The position numbers were made by a program, and so were the translations under genes. From Dehalococcoidia bacterium (GTDB lineage Bacteria > Chloroflexota > Dehalococcoidia > Lucifugimonadales > Australimonadaceae): a stretch of DNA of 64,000 nucleotides. Shown in pieces: positions 51,986 through 60,171 of this stretch. Position 1 is the stretch's first letter. Every line of letters begins with the position of its first letter. The notes beneath the pieces are model-generated. The model was not told where the DNA came from and made no database searches. It saw only the letters and a program-made list of their open reading frames with translations. The stretch is from the NCBI GenBank assembly GCA_965242755.1, contig OZ251500.1:1921339-1985338 (forward strand), written 5' to 3'.

Positions 51986-53200
51986 ATGAACGCTCCAGCG
52001 CCGCCGCTTGCCCTCTACGTCCATATTCCCTTTTGCGAATCCAAGTGCCCCTACTGCGACTTCAACGCCTACGCGGGCGCCGAGTCGCTGATGACGGCCT
52101 ACTCCGACGCCCTCGCCCTCGAGATTGAACGATGGGGCGCATGGCTCGGCGCTCCGCCGCTCGCCAGCGTCTTCTTCGGAGGCGGCACCCCGTCGTATCT
52201 CCCAACCCGCGACCTCGACCGCCTGACCCAGGCCGTCCGCCGCGCCTTCCGCCTGCCGGAAGAAGCCGAATCCACCATAGAGGCCAACCCCGGGGATTGC
52301 TCCCTCGAGCGGTTGGCCTCTATGCGCCGCGCCGGATTCAACCGCGTCTCCATCGGCGCGCAATCGTTCGACGACGCCGAATTGCGCTTCCTCGGACGCC
52401 GCCACGACGCTCGGGGCGCCGCCCAAGCCGTCGGCGACGCCCGCTCCGCCGGATTCGCCCGCGTCAGCCTCGACTTGATGTTCGGCTTGCCGGATCAGCG
52501 CTCCGCCGACTGGGAGCGCTCTCTAGAGCATGCCGTCGCGCTTCAGCCCGACCACGTCTCCGCCTACGCGCTCACCCTAGAGCCCGGGACGCCGATGGAG
52601 GCCGCCGTCCGCCTCGGGCAAACGTCGGCGCCCGACCCCGACCTCGCCGCCGAAATGTACCTTCTCGCTCAGCGAACGCTCGGCGGCGCCGGCTTCGTCC
52701 AGTACGAGATCTCCAATTGGGCGCGGCCCGGGCGCGAAAGCGCCCACAATCTCGCCTACTGGCGCTGCCTTCCCTACCTCGGCGTCGGGCCCGGCGCCCA
52801 TAGTTATCTCTACGGCGGCGACGCGCTTGGCCCGTTCGGCGTTCGTTTCGCGAACGCGAAGCCTCCCCGCGCCTACGTTGAGCGCGTCAACGCTTGGTCT
52901 CCGCGCGGCGCCGTCGCCCCCGCGTCCCTGGCCTCCGCGGGCGCCGTGGACTCTTGCCTGCCCGTCGCTCGCCGCGACGCGATGGCGGAGACGATGATGA
53001 TGGGGCTGCGCCTCAACTCCGGCGTTCCCGACTCCGCATTCCGAGCCCGCTTCGGCGAAAGCATCGAGGAAGCCTTCCCCGGCCCCGTCGCCGAATGCGC
53101 CGACCTCGGCCTCCTCGAATGGGCGGACGGCTCCCTCCGCCTCACGGAGCAAGGCCGACTCCTGGGCAACGAAGCGTTCGCGCGTTTCGTCGCCGCGTGA
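51986..53200 (+). CDS. hemW: Radical SAM heme chaperone HemW (HemN-like, oxygen-independent coproporphyrinogen oxidase family)
   Basis: LYVHIPFCESKCPYCDFNAY (CxxxCxxC), GGGTPS, and a 404-aa length with the HemN C-terminal domain. Confidence 0.85.
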   Translation: MNAPAPPLALYVHIPFCESKCPYCDFNAYAGAESLMTAYSDALALEIERWGAWLGAPPLASVFFGGGTPSYLPTRDLDRLTQAVRRAFRLPEEAESTIEANPGDCSLERLASMRRAGFNRVSIGAQSFDDAELRFLGRRHDARGAAQAVGDARSAGFARVSLDLMFGLPDQRSADWERSLEHAVALQPDHVSAYALTLEPGTPMEAAVRLGQTSAPDPDLAAEMYLLAQRTLGGAGFVQYEISNWARPGRESAHNLAYWRCLPYLGVGPGAHSYLYGGDALGPFGVRFANAKPPRAYVERVNAWSPRGAVAPASLASAGAVDSCLPVARRDAMAETMMMGLRLNSGVPDSAFRARFGESIEEAFPGPVAECADLGLLEWADGSLRLTEQGRLLGNEAFARFVAA

Positions 53201-53240
53201 CGGGCGGGCAACGCCCGCCCGCGCCCCCCGCTCGCGTACA

Positions 53241-53960
53241 ATGCCCCTTATGCCCGGCGCCGACCGCTTCTCCGTCCACAACACGCGCATCCGCAGGCGA
53301 ATCGTCAACGGCGCGCCGTTCGTCGAGAAAACGATACGCCCCAACGCGCCCCTGCCCCTCTCCTCCGCGGAACTGATGCTGGAGATGGACGCCTATTGCG
53401 CGGCGCTGTCCGTCGCGGGCGTTCCAATGCCCTACGTCGCCGACCGCTGGGAGGACGGCGCAGGCGGCGTCGTCTTCCTTTGCGAGGACGGCGGGCAGAA
53501 TCTCGTCGAGCGCTACGCCGCCCCGGACCCAAGCGCGCCCGACCAGGCGGATGCGCTCGATGGCGCCGCCTCGATCATTGAGCGCGCCGTCAACGCAAGG
53601 CTGTCCTTGGACCCGCACATCAAGAACTTCGTCGGCGAAGGCGGTCGCCTGCAGTACGTGGACTTCTCGCCGCCGCTGACGGACGTCTACGTCGAGGCGC
53701 GCTGCTCCGTCGCGCAAGGCGAGGAGCGGCGCATCCTGCGCGAGAACTTCGCGTACTTCGGCCCGGAGTTCCTGCCCTACCACTTCGCGGGCGACTTCCT
53801 CAACGTCGATCCGTCGGCGGAGCGGCTCTTTCCCGCCTTGCACTCGATGCTCGCCGAGGCTGGGCTCGTCGACGTTTCGCTCGCCGATTTCGCCGCGCAG
53901 GCTCGCGCCATCCGCGCGCTGGAAGACCTGCGCCTGCGCGAAGGCGTCTACCTTATCTAG
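53241..53960 (+). CDS. Hypothetical protein with kinase-like motifs
   Basis: LSLDPHIKNFV...LQYVDFSPP resembles the HxDxxxxN...D catalytic/Mg-binding pair of protein-kinase-like phosphotransferases. Support is weak. Confidence 0.4.
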   Translation: MPLMPGADRFSVHNTRIRRRIVNGAPFVEKTIRPNAPLPLSSAELMLEMDAYCAALSVAGVPMPYVADRWEDGAGGVVFLCEDGGQNLVERYAAPDPSAPDQADALDGAASIIERAVNARLSLDPHIKNFVGEGGRLQYVDFSPPLTDVYVEARCSVAQGEERRILRENFAYFGPEFLPYHFAGDFLNVDPSAERLFPALHSMLAEAGLVDVSLADFAAQARAIRALEDLRLREGVYLI

Positions 53961-54053
53961 GCGGCGCCGATCAACGCGGCGGAGGGCATCTTCTGGGGCG
54001 GCGCGGGGCTGCTCTCGTGGGGCGTCGCCGACTACCTCGCGCGGACCGTCTCC

Positions 54054-54842
54054 GTGCGCGCCGGCAGCCTCAGCGCCGCCTTTCTGATCCAAACGCTTGG
54101 CCTCGCGCTGCCTCTCCCGTTCGTTCTCGCCAACGCCGCGGGCGGCGGCCTCGACGCCGATTGGGGAGCGGCGGCGCTCTGGGGCGCGCTGAGCGCGGCC
54201 TTCCTCAGCGCGGGCTACCTCTGCTACTACACCGGACTGCGGCGCGGATCGGTCTCCGTCGTAACGAGTTCGGCGTCGGCGTGGCTGGCGGTGACGGTCG
54301 CCGCGGCGGTCGTGTTGTTCGGCGAGCGCGTGTCGGCTTGGCAGGCCGCGCTGATGGCGGGCGCGCTCGCCGGCATCCTGATGCTCTCCGCGCAGCCGAC
54401 CACGCGCTCCGGCGGCGCCGCGGGGCTGCAGTGGGGGCTAGGCGCGATGGCGGGACTCGGACTCGCGCTCGCGTTGCTCGACCGCGTGACGGAGGCGTCG
54501 GAGCCGATGCTTGCCGTGCTCATCGTCCGCGCGCTTTCGGCGATTCCGACGTTCCTGCTGATCCGCTCGCGCGGGGAGTCCGTCCGCCTGCCCGGCGGGC
54601 CGCGAGGCCGAACGCTGCTGCTCGCGGCGGCGGCGCTGGACGCGGGGGGCTACGCCGCCTACAACCTCGGCGTGGACGCCGCGCCCGTCGCCCTCGTCGC
54701 CCCCATCGCGGCGGCGCACCCCGTCGTGACCGTCGCGCTCGCCGTCGCCATTCTGCGCGAGCGCCCCCGTCCGTTGCAATGGGCGGGCGCATGCGTCACC
54801 GTCGCGGCGGTCATCGGCCTCAGCGCGTTCACAAGCGCATGA
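54054..54842 (+). CDS. EamA/DMT-family transporter (N-terminus unresolved)
   Basis: Multi-TM protein with EamA-like repeats. The GTG at 54054 is the first canonical start. EamA-like TM1 sequence (GIFWGGAGLLSWGVADYLAR) is encoded in-frame upstream of it (see findings). Confidence 0.65.
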   Translation: MRAGSLSAAFLIQTLGLALPLPFVLANAAGGGLDADWGAAALWGALSAAFLSAGYLCYYTGLRRGSVSVVTSSASAWLAVTVAAAVVLFGERVSAWQAALMAGALAGILMLSAQPTTRSGGAAGLQWGLGAMAGLGLALALLDRVTEASEPMLAVLIVRALSAIPTFLLIRSRGESVRLPGGPRGRTLLLAAAALDAGGYAAYNLGVDAAPVALVAPIAAAHPVVTVALAVAILRERPRPLQWAGACVTVAAVIGLSAFTSA

Positions 54843-54889
54843 GGAACGGAGTAGAATCGCCGCGATTCCAACGCAACGGAGGCGGAGCG

Positions 54890-55204
54890 ATGCTCGTTCT
54901 CGTGGTGAGTCTAAAAGTGAAGCCCGGACGCGCCGACGACTTCATCGCGGCGGCGCAGGCCGACGGCGAGGGCACGACGGCGCACGAGGAGGGCAACTTC
55001 CAATTCTCCGTCGTCCGCGACCAGGCCGACCCCGACCGCTTCTTCCTGTTCGAGGTCTACCAGGACGAGGCCGCTCTGGAGGCGCACCGCGCAACGCCCC
55101 ACTTCCTGCGCTACCGCGAGGCCACGGCGGACATCTACGCCGAGGAGCCCGTCCGCCATGTCTGCGCCAACGTCTTCCCCGCCGACTCGTGGTGGGCGCG
55201 CTAG
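54890..55204 (+). CDS. ABM-domain (antibiotic biosynthesis monooxygenase-like) protein
   Basis: MLVLVVSLKVKPGRADDFIAAAQ...RFFLFEVYQDEAALEAHRATPHF. The ATG at 54890 follows GGAGGCGGAG. Confidence 0.7.
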   Translation: MLVLVVSLKVKPGRADDFIAAAQADGEGTTAHEEGNFQFSVVRDQADPDRFFLFEVYQDEAALEAHRATPHFLRYREATADIYAEEPVRHVCANVFPADSWWAR

Positions 55205-55331
55205 CCGCCCCGCCTCCGCGCCGCTCCCTCCTAACGTAAGCGCCCCGCCCTGCCCGCGTAAGCGCGAACCCCCTTCTTGCCGTCATTCCCGCGTAGGCGG
55301 GAATCCACTTGGGGCTTTGACTGGACGCCCG

Positions 55332-55958
55332 CTAAAGGTCGTGGATTTTGTTGCGGAGGAGGCGGTGCGTCGCGCTCATCAGCAGGACTCCTATGACGAC
55401 GAACGCCATCCAGTCCCACGCGAAGCCGTGAACGACGAAGGCGAGCGCGGTTCCCGCCGCCGGCGGATGCTCCGTCCCTATGAGCGCCATCAGCAGAATC
55501 GCGACGCCCACCGCCGTCGCCGCGTAGAACCCGAACAGCAGCGGCGCGCCCTCGAGGAACCCGCCGCCCGCCACGGTGTGGGCGAACGTGGCTAGCGGAG
55601 AGGCCACGGCGATGGCGACGGCGTGGCCGCCGATGACGTGGCGAGGGTCGGCATGCGTGGAGTGCGGATAGATGAACAGCACGAACGCGGTCGAGGCCAT
55701 CGCGCTGATGAGCACGGCCTCGGCGACGTCGAGGCGCGGGAGCAGTTCCGCCGCCAAGAGCGTGAACATCAGCGCGGCGGCGGCGAGCCCCACCTGAAAG
55801 ACGTAGGCGCGGAAGTAGGGGCCCCGCCGCGCCGAGTCGGAAATCTTCGGATTGAGAACCCTGCGCCTCGCGTACTGCAGAGTCCAGGAGGAACTCCGCC
55901 GGGCGGCGCGGCGGACGGAGGCGGGCCGCCTTATGCGGGAAAAGCGGATCCTTCCCAT
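55332..55958 (-). CDS. HPP-family membrane protein
   Basis: MASTAFVLFIYPHSTHADPRHVIGGHAVAIAVA resembles the HPP-family core. The ATG overlaps the upstream stop (ATGA at 55956-55960). Confidence 0.55.
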   Translation of the reverse strand: MGRIRFSRIRRPASVRRAARRSSSWTLQYARRRVLNPKISDSARRGPYFRAYVFQVGLAAAALMFTLLAAELLPRLDVAEAVLISAMASTAFVLFIYPHSTHADPRHVIGGHAVAIAVASPLATFAHTVAGGGFLEGAPLLFGFYAATAVGVAILLMALIGTEHPPAAGTALAFVVHGFAWDWMAFVVIGVLLMSATHRLLRNKIHDL

Positions 55959-56665
55959 CAGCGGAACAGGCTGAAGAAGCGGTCTTGGTATTCGTGGAAC
56001 AGGTCCCAGCGCTCTATCTCACGGTGAGCATCCCGGGGGTCGCGCTGCCCATTCCGCGCCTCCTCCAGCATCCGCTCGATCCGCACCCGCGCGTCCATCG
56101 GAACGCCCCCGTCCGTCCGCAGCAAGCCGTTCGCGTGCATCTCCGTCGCGTTCGTCCGCACCGAGCGGCTCGTGAATTCGTAGATGAACTTCATCAGCGA
56201 CAGGTCCCAGAGGTCGTCGGAGCCGGTGATCACCGCCTCCAGCGCCTTGTCCTCTTTGTCCAGACGCTCCACGATCTTGCGCGTAACCTCCTCCACGCCG
56301 CCGGACACCACTGACGTCTCCCCGCCCTCGTTCTTGTAGCGGTACATCAGCCCCGGGTGGTCCTGCCCCACCTCTTGCGCGAGCCGCTGCAGATGCAGGT
56401 AGCGCTCCGCGTTGTCGCCGAAGCCCTCGTTGCGGAGGAGGTAGAAGGGCGTCACGACCTGCGGACGCTCGGCGCGCACGACGCCCTCCCGCACGACGGA
56501 CTCCTCGCGGCCGTCTCCCGGGACATCGAGGCTCCGGTACGACGGCTCCGTGACGAGGTAGTAGCGGACGGACGTCGACCCGAACGTGGCCAGCCCCTGC
56601 CGCGGCTGCCGCACCACGTGGGTGTTCTCCATCGCCTCCATAAAACGCGCGTCTTGCTCGTCCAT
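55958..56665 (-). CDS. Conserved-looking hypothetical protein
   Basis: 235-aa ORF with non-repetitive, balanced composition, translationally coupled to the HPP gene. I recognise no family. Confidence 0.5.
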   Translation of the reverse strand: MDEQDARFMEAMENTHVVRQPRQGLATFGSTSVRYYLVTEPSYRSLDVPGDGREESVVREGVVRAERPQVVTPFYLLRNEGFGDNAERYLHLQRLAQEVGQDHPGLMYRYKNEGGETSVVSGGVEEVTRKIVERLDKEDKALEAVITGSDDLWDLSLMKFIYEFTSRSVRTNATEMHANGLLRTDGGVPMDARVRIERMLEEARNGQRDPRDAHREIERWDLFHEYQDRFFSLFR

Positions 56666-56731
56666 AGCCTCTAGTATAACCGCTCTCCGCCCTCCGCGCC
56701 ATACTCATAACGCATTTGAGCGCGCAACCCC

Positions 56732-56760
56732 TTGCCGAGCCGGCGCCGCTGTGCTACGCT
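56732..56760 (+). promoter_or_regulatory. Candidate promoter of tRNA-Pro
   Basis: TTGCCG (56732-56737), a 17-nt spacer, then TACGCT (56755-56760), which ends 11 nt before the tRNA 5-prime end. Confidence 0.3.
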
Positions 56761-56771
56761 GTACGCAGTGT

Positions 56772-56848
56772 CGGGGTGTGGCGCAGCCCGGAAGCGCACC
56801 TGCATGGGGTGCAGGGGGTCGTTGGTTCAAATCCAATCACCCCGACCA
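56772..56848 (+). tRNA. tRNA-Pro (anticodon GGG), CCA encoded
   Basis: Hand-folded cloverleaf: acceptor CGGGGTG/CACCCCG, D stem GCGC/GCGC, anticodon stem CCTGC/GCAGG with loop ATGGGGT, T stem GTTGG/CCAAT with loop TTCAAAT, then the discriminator A and CCA. Confidence 0.9.
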
Positions 56849-56909
56849 GTTCCCTCATTGCATACTCATTCCGCAAACTTGATTAGGCCATTCCGGCTAG
56901 GAGCGGCGA

Positions 56910-57335
56910 ATGACGACCTCGGGCGGAGCGCGCCCCTGGGTGCGGGAGCATCTGGAGCGCTACGTTGAGACGGACGGCGCGGACGGCCACATCTGGCGCG
57001 GCGTTCCCACGCTCCTGCTCACGACGATAGGCCGCAAGTCGGGCAATCCCGCGACGACGCCCCTCATCTACGGCGAGGACGCGGGCCGCTACGTGGTGGT
57101 CGCGTCGCGCGGCGGGGCGCCCGTCCATCCGCAGTGGTTCCTGAACCTCGAGGCGAATCCGTCCGTGGGCGCGCAGGTCGCCGCCGATAAGTTCCGGGCG
57201 ACGGCGCGGGTCGCCTCCCCCGACGAGAAGCCGGCGCTCTGGCGGCTGATGACGAGCATCTACCCGCCCTACGACGAATACCAGGCGGCCACCCAGCGCG
57301 AGATTCCCGTCGTCATTCTGGAGCGCGCGGAGTAG
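56910..57335 (+). CDS. Deazaflavin (F420)-dependent nitroreductase-family protein (DDN/DUF385)
   Basis: GRKSGNPATTPLIYGEDAGRYVVVASRGGAPVHPQWFLNLEANP...YDEYQAATQREIPVVILE matches the DDN family pattern. Confidence 0.8.
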   Translation: MTTSGGARPWVREHLERYVETDGADGHIWRGVPTLLLTTIGRKSGNPATTPLIYGEDAGRYVVVASRGGAPVHPQWFLNLEANPSVGAQVAADKFRATARVASPDEKPALWRLMTSIYPPYDEYQAATQREIPVVILERAE

Positions 57336-57407
57336 CCGAAGCGTCCGGTCGGCGGCTCGTCGGCGCCGCCCCTTGTCGGCGCGCCCCAAGTATTGCGCCA
57401 CGCGAAA

Positions 57408-57438
57408 GAGGCCGGGCTCCGAGCCCGGCCTCTTCTTT
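57408..57438. terminator. Bidirectional rho-independent terminator between convergent genes
   Basis: Perfect 11-bp stem GAGGCCGGGCT-ccg-AGCCCGGCCTC (57408-57432), flanked by AAA upstream and TTCTTT downstream. Confidence 0.6.
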
Positions 57439-57485
57439 CCTGTCGCTCGCGCTGCCTGCGCTGCTGTCCGGCGCGGCCTGGAGGA

Positions 57486-57803
57486 TTAGGCCGCTTGCGC
57501 CGCCGGGGCGAGCCCCGTCCTGCGGAGCGCGCGGTGCACGGTCCGCACGCTGATGCCGAGGCGGTCCGCCACCTCGAACACGTGCAGCCCCTCCTCGCGG
57601 AAGGCGTCGGCGACCTCCTGGTCCCGCTCACGCCTCTTGTGCGCCTGGTACCAAGCGGGGTCGTCGAACTTGCACATCGGCAGCGGGCACATCAGGCAGG
57701 ACAAGGACGCCTCGCAGCCCGTGTCGGCGTAGTGCATCTGCTCCGGCAGGCCGTCCGGCATTGGGGCGTACCGCCCCCGGGTCGTCTTCGCGCGTTTGCT
57801 CAT
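57486..57803 (-). CDS. Small Cys4-containing protein with a C-terminal helix-turn-helix
   Basis: The ATG at 57803 follows AAGGAG. The Cys cluster is GCEASLSCLMCPLPMC. The C-terminal part LHVFEVADRLGISVRTVHRALRR is a sigma-70 region-4/resolvase-type HTH. Confidence 0.5.
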   Translation of the reverse strand: MSKRAKTTRGRYAPMPDGLPEQMHYADTGCEASLSCLMCPLPMCKFDDPAWYQAHKRRERDQEVADAFREEGLHVFEVADRLGISVRTVHRALRRTGLAPAAQAA

Positions 57804-57882
57804 CTCTTTCTCCTTGTACGGCTTCGTCCGTCTCATAACGGCTGTCCATTCGTTCTCGTCGGGTCCGTTCAGGCAGCGCGAA

Positions 57883-59199
57883 TCAGGACGCGAGCGCGGC
57901 GGGCGAGCCGGCGAGCGTCCGCCCCTCGCGCTCCGCGTCCTCTCCAACCAGCATCGAAAGCCCCTCCATAAAGCCCTCGTCGGGCCCGTCTATCGCCAGC
58001 GCGACTCCGCCCTCCGTTCCCGGGCGCAGCGACGCGCTTTCCATTTCGCGCCGCAGCGCGCGGTATTCCGGCGAGCCGTCCGTCGCGTAGAGCCCTAGCC
58101 GGCCCGTGAGCGCGGCGGCGATCAGGGCGGACGCCTCGCGTTCGCGCCGCCCCGCCGCGTTCGGCGACCACCGCGCGAGGCGCGTCCCAAGAGCGTCGTC
58201 CAGCGCCCGCCGCGCCTCCTCGGAGCGCTCCATCCGGGAGCGGACGACCACGCGCTCGCACGGCCACGTCTTCCGCGTGAAACGCGCGATGCAGCGCGCG
58301 AGCGACGGCGCGTCGGCGGCCTCCGCCCACTTGTGATCCAGAACGCGCAACTCGCGCCCGCGGCGCGACGCCACCGTCGCGACCGCCGTCGCCGACGCGC
58401 TCCGCAGCGCGCCGCCCCCGTCGTCCGGCAGCCGAGTAATGACGACCGACGCCGTGAGTTCGCCGGCGACGGCGAGGCGGCGCGGCCCGCCGCTTGCGAT
58501 GAGTTCGCTCAGGCGGCTCGCAGGGAAGGCGGGCGCGCCGACGGGAACGGGGCGCAGCGCGTAGTCGGTCTCGAACTCCGGGTGCGCCTCGCCCAGTTCC
58601 TCCCGCGCATCCGCGACTTGCGCCGCGTAGCCGGGCAGTTCCGCCTGCGCCCGCTCCAACGAAACGCGGAAGTGCCGGCGCCCCGCCGACGCCTCCGACT
58701 CCCGGTTGGCGAGTTTGACCCGCTCGAAAGGCGTCGTCCCGTCGCGGGGACGGCCGTAGAGGACGACCGTCGCGCCCGCGTCCGCCATGCCCTGCAAGCG
58801 CTCCACCGCATCCGCGCTCAGCCGGTGCGCGTCAAGCGCCTGCGCCATCTCGAACCGCCCCTCCAACCCCTCCAACTGCTCCGGCGCCGCGTACACCGCC
58901 CGCGCCCTCCCCAGCCGCGCGTCCGCCTCTCCGACCGACCACAACCCGCGAGGCGCGCCCTCCCGAAGGCTCGCCGCCAGCCGCTCCTTGACCGTCGGCG
59001 CGTCCGCATGGACGACGCGCAGCAGCGAGCCGCCCGCCTGCGCGTTGACGCTCAGCGTCAGCATCTCCAACTGCGACGCCAATTCGCGGACGCCCGCCCC
59101 GAGCGGCGCCTCCACCGTGAAGACGGACCCGCGCCCGCGCAGCAAGTCCCCCGCGACCGCCGCCGCGATCTCCCGCTGATAAGCCGTTGGCGTTTTCAT
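57883..59199 (-). CDS. Hypothetical 438-aa protein (remote, degenerate terminase-large-subunit-like pattern)
   Basis: The ATG at 59199 (MKTPTAYQREIAAAV) follows GGAGGGGG. The longer ORF-track start would lie on the promoter. The N-terminus resembles a terminase ATPase layout, but the Walker A Lys (PLGAGVRE) and the Walker B Glu (ALDAH) are missing. Confidence 0.5.
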   Translation of the reverse strand: MKTPTAYQREIAAAVAGDLLRGRGSVFTVEAPLGAGVRELASQLEMLTLSVNAQAGGSLLRVVHADAPTVKERLAASLREGAPRGLWSVGEADARLGRARAVYAAPEQLEGLEGRFEMAQALDAHRLSADAVERLQGMADAGATVVLYGRPRDGTTPFERVKLANRESEASAGRRHFRVSLERAQAELPGYAAQVADAREELGEAHPEFETDYALRPVPVGAPAFPASRLSELIASGGPRRLAVAGELTASVVITRLPDDGGGALRSASATAVATVASRRGRELRVLDHKWAEAADAPSLARCIARFTRKTWPCERVVVRSRMERSEEARRALDDALGTRLARWSPNAAGRREREASALIAAALTGRLGLYATDGSPEYRALRREMESASLRPGTEGGVALAIDGPDEGFMEGLSMLVGEDAEREGRTLAGSPAALAS

Positions 59200-59230
59200 C
59201 GCAACCCCCTCCATAGGAGTGATTGCAGGC

Positions 59231-59259
59231 ATAATAGAATGTTTGTTCGGTATTGTCAA
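59231..59259 (-). promoter_or_regulatory. Near-consensus sigma-70 promoter
   Basis: On the minus strand: TTGACA (59259-59254), a 17-nt spacer, then TATTAT (59236-59231), about 32 nt upstream of the ATG at 59199. It stands out as an AT-rich island in GC-rich DNA. Confidence 0.55.
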
Positions 59260-59311
59260 CGCAAATTAGAACGAATGTCTAGCGAATTCCGGGGACCCGC
59301 TGGGCAACGAA

Positions 59312-59337
59312 ACGCCCCGCGAGATTTCGCGGGGCGT
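59312..59337 (-). terminator. Hairpin terminator candidate downstream of hsp20
   Basis: Perfect 11-bp stem ACGCCCCGCGA-gatt-TCGCGGGGCGT, followed in the gene direction by TTCGTT. Confidence 0.4.
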
Positions 59338-59370
59338 CCGGCGTCAGCCCTCGTCCGCTGTCCGCATGGG

Positions 59371-59844
59371 CTAGGCGGTCGCGGCGGCCTCCTCGCGCGC
59401 CGGGGCTTCCCCGGCGACGTCGAGCGTGAGGCGCCGCGCCTTCCTGCCCTCCGCCCTCGGCAGGCGAACGGTGACCACCCCATGCGCGTAGGACGAGGCG
59501 GCGTTGTCCGCGTCCACGTCCTCCGGCAGGCGGAGCGCCCGGCGGAAGGCGCCCGAGCGCCGCTCGCGCAGCAGGTAGCCGCCCTCCTCGCGCTCCCCGT
59601 CGGAGTCCGCGCGGCCCTCGATGGTCAGCACCCCGTCCTCGATCGTCACCTCGATGTCGGACGGGGCGACGCCGGGGAGCGCGCCGCTGACGACGACCTC
59701 GTCGCCCTCGCGGCGGACGTCGAGCGGGATCGCCCAGCGGTCGGGGCGGATGCGCGCGTAGGGCGCGCCGAAGGAATGCCGCGCCCCGAAGGGCCCGCTC
59801 AGGGCATGCAGGTCGCGGAACGGATGCCAGCGTTCGATAGCCAT
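59371..59844 (-). CDS. Hsp20/alpha-crystallin small heat-shock protein
   Basis: MAIERWHPFRDL..., the alpha-crystallin core IPLDVRREGDEVVVSGALPGVAPSDIEVTIEDGVLTIEG, and SYAHGVVTVRLP. The ATG at 59844 follows AAGGAGG. Confidence 0.85.
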   Translation of the reverse strand: MAIERWHPFRDLHALSGPFGARHSFGAPYARIRPDRWAIPLDVRREGDEVVVSGALPGVAPSDIEVTIEDGVLTIEGRADSDGEREEGGYLLRERRSGAFRRALRLPEDVDADNAASSYAHGVVTVRLPRAEGRKARRLTLDVAGEAPAREEAAATA

Positions 59845-59897
59845 AGTCTCGCCTCCTTGCTGCAAGAGCCGCTTTGTCCGTCGCGGCTCGCTTGACT

Positions 59898-59934
59898 TGA
59901 TACGCATCGTATCATAGCAAGGCGGGCGTGTCAA
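59898..59934 (-). promoter_or_regulatory. hsp20 promoter candidate with an overlapping 7-3-7 palindrome (operator candidate)
   Basis: On the minus strand: TTGACA (59934-59929), 17 nt, then TACGAT (59911-59906). The palindrome TGATACG-cat-CGTATCA (59898-59914) covers the -10. An extra TGATACG half-site lies at 59941-59947. Confidence 0.35.
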
Positions 59935-60026
59935 TAGGTCTGATACGGATTATGTCAATTTGCGCCGAAGACCCGCAGGAAGACGTGGCCGGGCTTGCCC
60001 GCGCAGGAGAAACCGCGCTCGCCCTC

Positions 60027-60140
60027 AGGAGACCTTGCATAGCCTGCCGCCCTACCGCGAGCGGGAATCCAAGCGGCGCTCCGCGCCGCTCCTCTCCTCG
60101 TAAGCGCTATCGTCATTCCCGCGAAAGCGGGAACCTACTA
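60027..60140. repeat. Composite repeat-family copy
   Basis: GGAGACCTTGCATAG, then CGCGAGCGGGAATCC, then AGCGGCGCTCCGCGCCGCTCCTCTCC, then CCCGCGAAAGCGGGAACCTACTAG. Confidence 0.7.
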
Positions 60141-60171
60141 GCGCAGGAGAGGCCGCGCGCGCCCTCCGGCG

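Noticed and set aside
57486-59934. Calling this block a prophage or integrated element
   Set aside because: Only a weak, degenerate terminase-like pattern is present. There is no integrase, portal, capsid or att-like direct repeats in view. It is kept as a low-confidence finding, not as a mobile-element feature.
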